Shown: piece by piece, positions 28,090-32,000 of the stretch
Layout: each line of letters begins with the position of its first letter
How positions within the stretch are numbered: position 1 is the first letter of the stretch
Assembly (NCBI RefSeq): GCF_021054785.1
Contig: NZ_CP088239.1
Location: forward strand, 1,920,001-1,952,000
Direction of reading: 5' to 3'
From: Tannockella kyphosi
Lineage (GTDB): Bacteria > Bacillota_I > Bacilli_A > Erysipelotrichales > Coprobacillaceae
Length of the DNA: 32,000 bases
Program-made: the position numbers and the translations under genes
The notes under the pieces: generated by a model
What the model saw: the letters and a program-made list of their open reading frames with translations, nothing else
The model's database searches: none
What the model was told of the DNA's origin: nothing

Positions 28090-28301
28090 AACTCCTCTTC
28101 CACTAAAAAAAGCATGTTATCCTATCTAGACACTTTGTGCTATTCCACCAGATAGTATACTGCTTTCTATTTATCTATTAACGCTAGAATCACGTTCTCT
28201 CTTTTCAAGAAACTCAAATAAGTGCACTTCAAATATATTCCACAAGCTATTTCCACCAACAAGCTCTCTCTATTGTTTTCTATATCCTACTCTTCTTATT
28301 T
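28090..28301 (-). promoter_or_regulatory. T-box leader RNA with a Cys (UGC) specifier
   Basis: Read on the minus strand, Stem I has all expected parts:
- base helix AAAUAAG/CUUAUUU
- S-turn-like AGGUA opposite GAA
- AG bulge AGAGAG
- AGCU/AGCU helix closing the distal loop UGUUGGUGGAAAU
- specifier UGC followed by A (UGC at 28226-28224)
Downstream there is a T-box-like CUAUCU-GGUGGAA-UAGCAC...AGAUAG antiterminator. Its UGGA (28147-28144) is complementary to a UCCA 3' end, and tRNA-Cys has U73. A U7 tract (28111-28105) and then the RBS follow. The terminator helix itself is weak or ambiguous. Confidence 0.7.
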
Positions 28302-28310
28302 ATAATTTAA

Positions 28311-28847
28311 CTATGTTTTATCAATTGTAAGTGTTTTTAAAAATGTCGTAATATAATCAATTCTTGACTCATACGTTACTGTATCGGCACGATAAGCATA
28401 AATATATGTCTTATCTTCTGAAAAATAAACAATATGTTTAAAACGCATTCCTATATCATTATAATATCCTGTTACTTCATATACCGTAATACCACTTTCC
28501 AATATAGGTTGAGATACTGTAACTCCAGTTGCCCCATATTGTTCTAATTCACTAACATAAAAGACCTTTTTTTCATCAGAAGTATTTTCTGTTGCATCAT
28601 ATGTAATCATATATATAAGTAATTCATCATCATCTTGGAATTGAATCGTATTCGATGTAGTCGCAATAGCAGCAGCATCATCCGCTTGATTTGTTAGTGT
28701 GAAACTAGATGGATAGTAAAAATCTACTTCCGTTCCCACTTCATATAGCGTTCCTTCTTTTACTACATTCGTTGTCGTACTCTCTTCTTGACAACCCGCA
28801 AGCAGAAGTACACAAGCACAGGCAAGCAGCCATTTTATTCTTTTCAT
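28311..28847 (-). CDS. Lipoprotein of unknown function
   Basis: Signal peptide with lipobox LLAGC. 178 aa and acidic/Thr/Tyr-rich. RBS AAGGAGA lies upstream. Confidence 0.7.
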   Translation of the reverse strand: MKRIKWLLACACVLLLAGCQEESTTTNVVKEGTLYEVGTEVDFYYPSSFTLTNQADDAAAIATTSNTIQFQDDDELLIYMITYDATENTSDEKKVFYVSELEQYGATGVTVSQPILESGITVYEVTGYYNDIGMRFKHIVYFSEDKTYIYAYRADTVTYESRIDYITTFLKTLTIDKT

Positions 28848-28982
28848 GTCTTTTCTCCTTGTCTATATAGCCATTTTGACACAATTTCGCTTTTTTTACA
28901 ACCTTATTACAGAAATTCAATAGAGTAACTGTATTTTTACATATATTTTAAAATAGCACATATAGTAGGGGGAGGTGAAAAA

Positions 28983-29405
28983 ATGAGTCCAAGAATTTCT
29001 TATACCAATAAAGAAGTAGAATTACTTGCACGGATCATCCGTGCAGAAGCTTTGGGAGAAGGGGAAGAAGGAATGTTACAAGCAGGGAATGTTGTAGTGA
29101 ATCGAGTTGTTGCTACTTGTGATGTATTTAAACGTACCATGAGTATTACAGATGTCATTTATCAAAAGAATGCTTTTTCTGGTGTTGGAACTGCTCTTTT
29201 TAATTCAGGTGTCCGACAAATAGACTTAGATCTAGCAAAAAGATTAATAAATGGTTATCGTACTTATCCTGCTTATCGTGCCTTATGGTTTAAAAATCCT
29301 GGTAAGAATGTGACTTGTCCCCCTGAATTTTATGGTGTCTTGGCAGGGGAATATCGGCAACATTGCTTTTATAATCCCAAAGATTCACTAAATTGCAATA
29401 TATAA
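28983..29405 (+). CDS. cwlJ: Cell wall hydrolase, SleB/CwlJ catalytic-domain family (spore cortex-lytic enzyme-like)
   Basis: 140 aa. LLARIIRAEALGEGEEGMLQAGNVVVNRV is the Hydrolase_2 (SleB/CwlJ) signature. RBS GGGGGAGGTG lies upstream. A gerQ-like gene follows. Confidence 0.8.
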   Translation: MSPRISYTNKEVELLARIIRAEALGEGEEGMLQAGNVVVNRVVATCDVFKRTMSITDVIYQKNAFSGVGTALFNSGVRQIDLDLAKRLINGYRTYPAYRALWFKNPGKNVTCPPEFYGVLAGEYRQHCFYNPKDSLNCNI

Positions 29406-29417
29406 GGAGAGAAAAAT

Positions 29418-29732
29418 ATGAGTTATTTTGATGATTTAAATCCCTATTTAATTCGTGAAGAACAAACAGATCCTCTTAGCAATGAAGAATCTGTTGTTAA
29501 TCCGGTAGAAGAGTATACAGAAAACATCCTAAAAAACAACATTGGTAAATTAGGTACTTTCTATTTTACGTATACTGGTAGTACAGAATGGCGTGATCGA
29601 GTATATCGTGGTGTATTAGAACAAGCTGGTATTGATCATTTTGTTATACGTGATCCCCAAAACAATCGAAGATATTTATTAGCTTCTTTATATTATGTTT
29701 GGGCAGAGTTTGATGAAGCATTAAATTATTGA
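29418..29732 (+). CDS. gerQ: GerQ-like spore coat protein
   Basis: 104 aa. The C-terminal region ...NIGKLGTFYFTYTGSTEWRDRVYRGVLEQAGIDHFVIRDPQNNRRYLL...FDE resembles my recollection of B. subtilis GerQ/YwdL. It is adjacent to the cwlJ-like gene. Confidence 0.65.
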   Translation: MSYFDDLNPYLIREEQTDPLSNEESVVNPVEEYTENILKNNIGKLGTFYFTYTGSTEWRDRVYRGVLEQAGIDHFVIRDPQNNRRYLLASLYYVWAEFDEALNY

Positions 29733-29750
29733 TATTTCCTAGGAAATATC
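29731..29750. repeat. 20-bp perfect palindrome overlapping the gerQ-like stop codon
   Basis: GATATTTCCT AGGAAATATC is an exact reverse complement with no spacer. The TGA stop is at 29730-29732. Confidence 0.9.
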
Positions 29751-29756
29751 GCATAA

Positions 29757-29784
29757 ATAAAAAAAGACTTCTGTCTTTTTTTAT
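29757..29784. terminator. Bidirectional hairpin terminator
   Basis: AAAAAAAGAC, loop TTCT, GTCTTTTTTT. It lies between the convergent gerQ-like and XRE-family genes. Confidence 0.8.
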
Positions 29785-29841
29785 TTGTCCCAATGAAAGA
29801 TAACGAGCCGTGTATACTTCGTATTATGCTCATAACGAGTA

Positions 29842-30462
29842 TTAGTCTTGTTTGGATAAAATTTTATACAAAAGCATACAAATTACAACATAAGCAATCC
29901 AACTCAATCCGTAGACAATAACGGAATTTCCAAGCTCTAAAGTTGGTTGAATTATAAAAGAGTATCTACCAATTGTACTTTGTATTAAGTTAAATGTACA
30001 AGAGTATGGTATCAATACCAATAACCAAATATTTATAGTCCAAAATTGCTTTTTTGCTTTTTCCTTATATTCACCGATATATTGTCCAACAAAAAATATC
30101 ATTACACCCATAGCCATCAATATTAAGCCAATCATTACGGAAACTGGCGATTGTTCCTCTACCCAAACTACTATGGCAACAATTAATCCGATAAAATTAA
30201 ATGCTGTTCCTGCCAATGTAAATATACGTGCATCTGATTTGTCTTTTGTATTCTCTGGCTTTGGTTCGATACCCTTTATTATATAATCTGTTGTAACCTC
30301 AAAGTAATCACTTAGTATTGTAATCTTATCAATATCGGGTATACTTTGTTCACTTTCCCATTTTGAAACAGCTTGTCTTGAAACGCCTACCTTGTCAGCA
30401 AGTTCTTCTTGCGAAATGCCTTTTACTTTTCTTAAATGTTGTATTCTGTCTGCTATGTTCAT
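29842..30462 (-). CDS. XRE-family HTH protein with a C-terminal multi-TM domain
   Basis: The N-terminal segment IADRIQHLRKVKGISQEELADKVGVSRQAVSKWESEQSIPDIDK is an HTH_3/XRE motif. About 4 predicted TM helices follow. I place the start at ATG 30462, preceded by AAAGGAG. Confidence 0.8.
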   Translation of the reverse strand: MNIADRIQHLRKVKGISQEELADKVGVSRQAVSKWESEQSIPDIDKITILSDYFEVTTDYIIKGIEPKPENTKDKSDARIFTLAGTAFNFIGLIVAIVVWVEEQSPVSVMIGLILMAMGVMIFFVGQYIGEYKEKAKKQFWTINIWLLVLIPYSCTFNLIQSTIGRYSFIIQPTLELGNSVIVYGLSWIAYVVICMLLYKILSKQD

Positions 30463-30491
30463 AGTTAGCAACTCCTTTCTTTTATGGCTCA

Positions 30492-30532
30492 ATTATAGCA
30501 AAACCATCGGTTGCATAACCACCATTTATGCA
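30492..30532 (-). promoter_or_regulatory. Extended -10 promoter (TGCTATAAT) with an upstream 7-bp inverted repeat (candidate operator) for the XRE-TM gene
   Basis: The minus strand reads TGCTATAAT (30500-30492). The inverted repeat TGCATAA-N7-TTATGCA (30512-30532) lies over the -35 region. A GTTGCAAC palindrome is nearby. Confidence 0.45.
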
Positions 30533-30728
30533 TTGAGATATGTCAACCTACAGTTGCAACTATGTTTTTAGCACTCAAACTAATATAAATAACCTGTATA
30601 TGCAAATCTTATCACACTAGACTTACTCATTCAATGATGGGTAACAATTAAAAATGCAATTGCTATAACCTCTATAAAAGCTACTTCAGACATAGAATGA
30701 AAGAGCTATAAACCTTAAGATTAATATT

Positions 30729-30764
30729 TTATTACGACATTTATTACGACATTTATTACGACAT
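30729..30764. repeat. Perfect tandem repeat, 3 x 12 bp (TTATTACGACAT)
   Basis: Three identical head-to-tail copies at 30729-30740, 30741-30752 and 30753-30764. They start 5 nt beyond the fic stop codon. Confidence 0.95.
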
Positions 30765-30769
30765 GCGTG

Positions 30770-31732
30770 TCACATTACTTTCCATCCACCTGATTTATTT
30801 GCTCCTACTTTCTCGATAATCCCTTTTTCTTTTAAATCCTTCAATATTCTTTGAACTTGTCTTTGAGAAATCTTTAATTTTTTTGATGCTTCTATTGAAG
30901 ATATCTTATTGTTTTCTTTTATTAAATTTAACAATTTATCATGGAGTGACTCTTCTTGATATTCTATATTGATAATTAATTCATTTAATGATGATTTTAT
31001 AATTTCCAACATAAAACGAACAAATTCTGTTGATTCACTTTGAGTATTGGCCGTATTTATTGCTTCATAATAGCCAGATTGTTGGTCATGTATTAGTGAT
31101 TCAATCGGTAACCATAAAAAAAATTCCTTCCAATCTGCTAATAGAAGAGTATGCCACAATCTTCCCACTCGTCCATTCCCATCTGAAAATGGATGTATAA
31201 ATTCAAATTCATAATGAAAAATACATGACTTTATTAATGGATGTATTGTTGATTCTTTCATCCAAACAAATAAATCATCCATCAATTGTGGAACATACTG
31301 TGGTGGTGTTCCTGCATGGATTAAATGATTCCCATCAAATACACCTACTCCTCCACTACGAAACATTCCGGCTTCTCTAACTAAATCATTCATCATTAAT
31401 CCATGGGCCTTTAATAAGTCGTGAACTGAATAGGGATCTAGTTTTGTTAAACTATGATATGCTTCATAAGCGTTTTGTACTTCTCTAATATCTTTAGCTG
31501 GTCCCAAAACTTTTTTTCCATCTATAATATCACTTACCTGATTAATAGTTAATGAATTTTGTTCAATTGATAAAGAGGAATGGATAGACTGTATTCTATT
31601 CTCTCTTCTAAGAACTGGGTTCTTAGAAAGCTGTTGTTTAGATACAAGCACTCCTGTTTGTTCGGCTATTTCTATTACCAAATTTGTAATTTCTTCTGTT
31701 ATAGTAAAGGGTGATTTATATTTTTCTATCAT
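30770..31732 (-). CDS. Fic family protein (AMPylase-type Fic domain) with a C-terminal winged-HTH
   Basis: Canonical Fic motif HPFSDGNGRVGRLWH. The N-terminal helix SSLSIEQN resembles the class II inhibitory (S/T)xxxE(G/N) motif, but with Q in the last position. The C-terminal ...SSIEASKKLKISQRQVQRILKDLKEKGIIEKVG is wHTH-like. The gene ends in TGA. Confidence 0.9.
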   Translation of the reverse strand: MIEKYKSPFTITEEITNLVIEIAEQTGVLVSKQQLSKNPVLRRENRIQSIHSSLSIEQNSLTINQVSDIIDGKKVLGPAKDIREVQNAYEAYHSLTKLDPYSVHDLLKAHGLMMNDLVREAGMFRSGGVGVFDGNHLIHAGTPPQYVPQLMDDLFVWMKESTIHPLIKSCIFHYEFEFIHPFSDGNGRVGRLWHTLLLADWKEFFLWLPIESLIHDQQSGYYEAINTANTQSESTEFVRFMLEIIKSSLNELIINIEYQEESLHDKLLNLIKENNKISSIEASKKLKISQRQVQRILKDLKEKGIIEKVGANKSGGWKVM

Positions 31733-32000
31733 TTCATATCATCCTTTCTTTTTTTATATTATTTCCAAAACTACTTTTTGCAGTATAAAAACATTTTTTG
31801 TAAAAAATTGTTGATTTTGATAAAAACCACTATCTAGCATTAATAACAAGGTATGATACCTATAGCATAAGGAAGTAGAGTTAAAAATAACAACTCCTTC
31901 AAGTTAGATGCATGCTTAAATAAATTTTTGATTAGAACTAAATATCACTTATTAGCATATACAAAAATACTTTATCATAAGTATATCACTATATTGTAAA

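Noticed and set aside
28939-28967. A mother-cell sigma (sigma-K/sigma-E)-like -10, CATATAGTA, with an upstream AC, in front of the cwlJ-like gene.
   Set aside because: The AC-to-CATA spacing is 18 nt, against an expected 16-17. The predicted transcription start would also fall inside the GGAGGTG ribosome-binding site (28971-28977), leaving the mRNA without an RBS. The resemblance is probably fortuitous in AT-rich DNA.
29800-29839. An 8-bp direct repeat, ATAACGAG, at 29800-29807 and 29832-29839 near the start of the putative accessory region. It could be an insertion scar or att-like duplication.
   Set aside because: The repeat is too short and unaccompanied by any recombinase, inverted repeats or other element boundary. 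It cannot be told apart from chance.
30582-30693. Two tiny minus-strand ORFs in the fic-XRE spacer: MSEVAFIEVIAIAFLIVTHH (30693-30631) and, overlapping its stop, MSKSSVIRFAYTGYLY. These could be type I toxin-like peptides.
   Set aside because: No Shine-Dalgarno sequence precedes either ATG. The first peptide has two glutamates inside its hydrophobic stretch. ORFs of this size arise by chance in AT-rich spacers.
1-32000. A window-wide look for CRISPR arrays, tRNA/rRNA genes, transposases, integrases and IS inverted repeats.
   Set aside because: None was found. The only tandem repeat is the 3 x 12 bp array at 30729-30764. All GC-rich hairpins are accounted for as terminators or as the T-box leader.

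Overview
This is an AT-rich, low-GC Firmicutes-type chromosomal segment, most likely from a spore-forming Clostridia- or Erysipelotrichia-like organism. That is a guess from gene content; no searches could be run. I call 33 protein-coding genes, all tightly packed and mostly housekeeping, from motifs recognised by eye.

Plus-strand block, 1-4.6 kb:
- punA (cut off by the 5' window edge)
- a choloylglycine-hydrolase-family Ntn hydrolase
- a GH4 6-phospho-beta-glucosidase
- a GAF-type free Met-R-sulfoxide reductase
- a Gfo/Idh/MocA oxidoreductase

Minus-strand block, 4.6-9.2 kb:
- an AEC transporter
- an aconitase-isocitrate dehydrogenase-GntR operon

9.3-23.2 kb:
- an ABC-F ATPase, a lipoprotein, a GH1 phospho-beta-glucosidase and VanZ
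- a PH-domain gene plus a YczE-like membrane gene
- adhE, two Cof-type HAD hydrolases, type III glutamine synthetase and a CaCA antiporter

23.2-28.1 kb (minus strand):
- the conserved Bacillus-like cluster cysS-mrnC-rlmB-sigH-like-rpmG-secE-nusG

28.3-29.7 kb:
- a lipoprotein and a cwlJ/sleB-like plus gerQ-like germination pair

29.8-32 kb:
- a probably accessory end with an XRE-HTH membrane protein and a Fic-domain protein

I found no rRNA, tRNA, CRISPR array, transposase or integrase, and no convincing new multi-gene system. The items most worth a second look are:
- A Cys-specific T-box leader (28090-28301, minus strand). It sits in front of a DUF1294/SanA-like fusion gene that occupies the position cysE has in Bacillus.
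- A perfect 3 x 12 bp tandem repeat immediately after the TGA-C stop of fic. It stays open in the fic frame for 27 codons.
- A GntR-type palindrome overlapping the -10 of the aconitase operon promoter.
- A start-codon correction to GTG for the Ntn hydrolase.
- A 34-nt perfect hairpin palindrome upstream of adhE.
- A divergent, Cys-rich SigH-like sigma factor.
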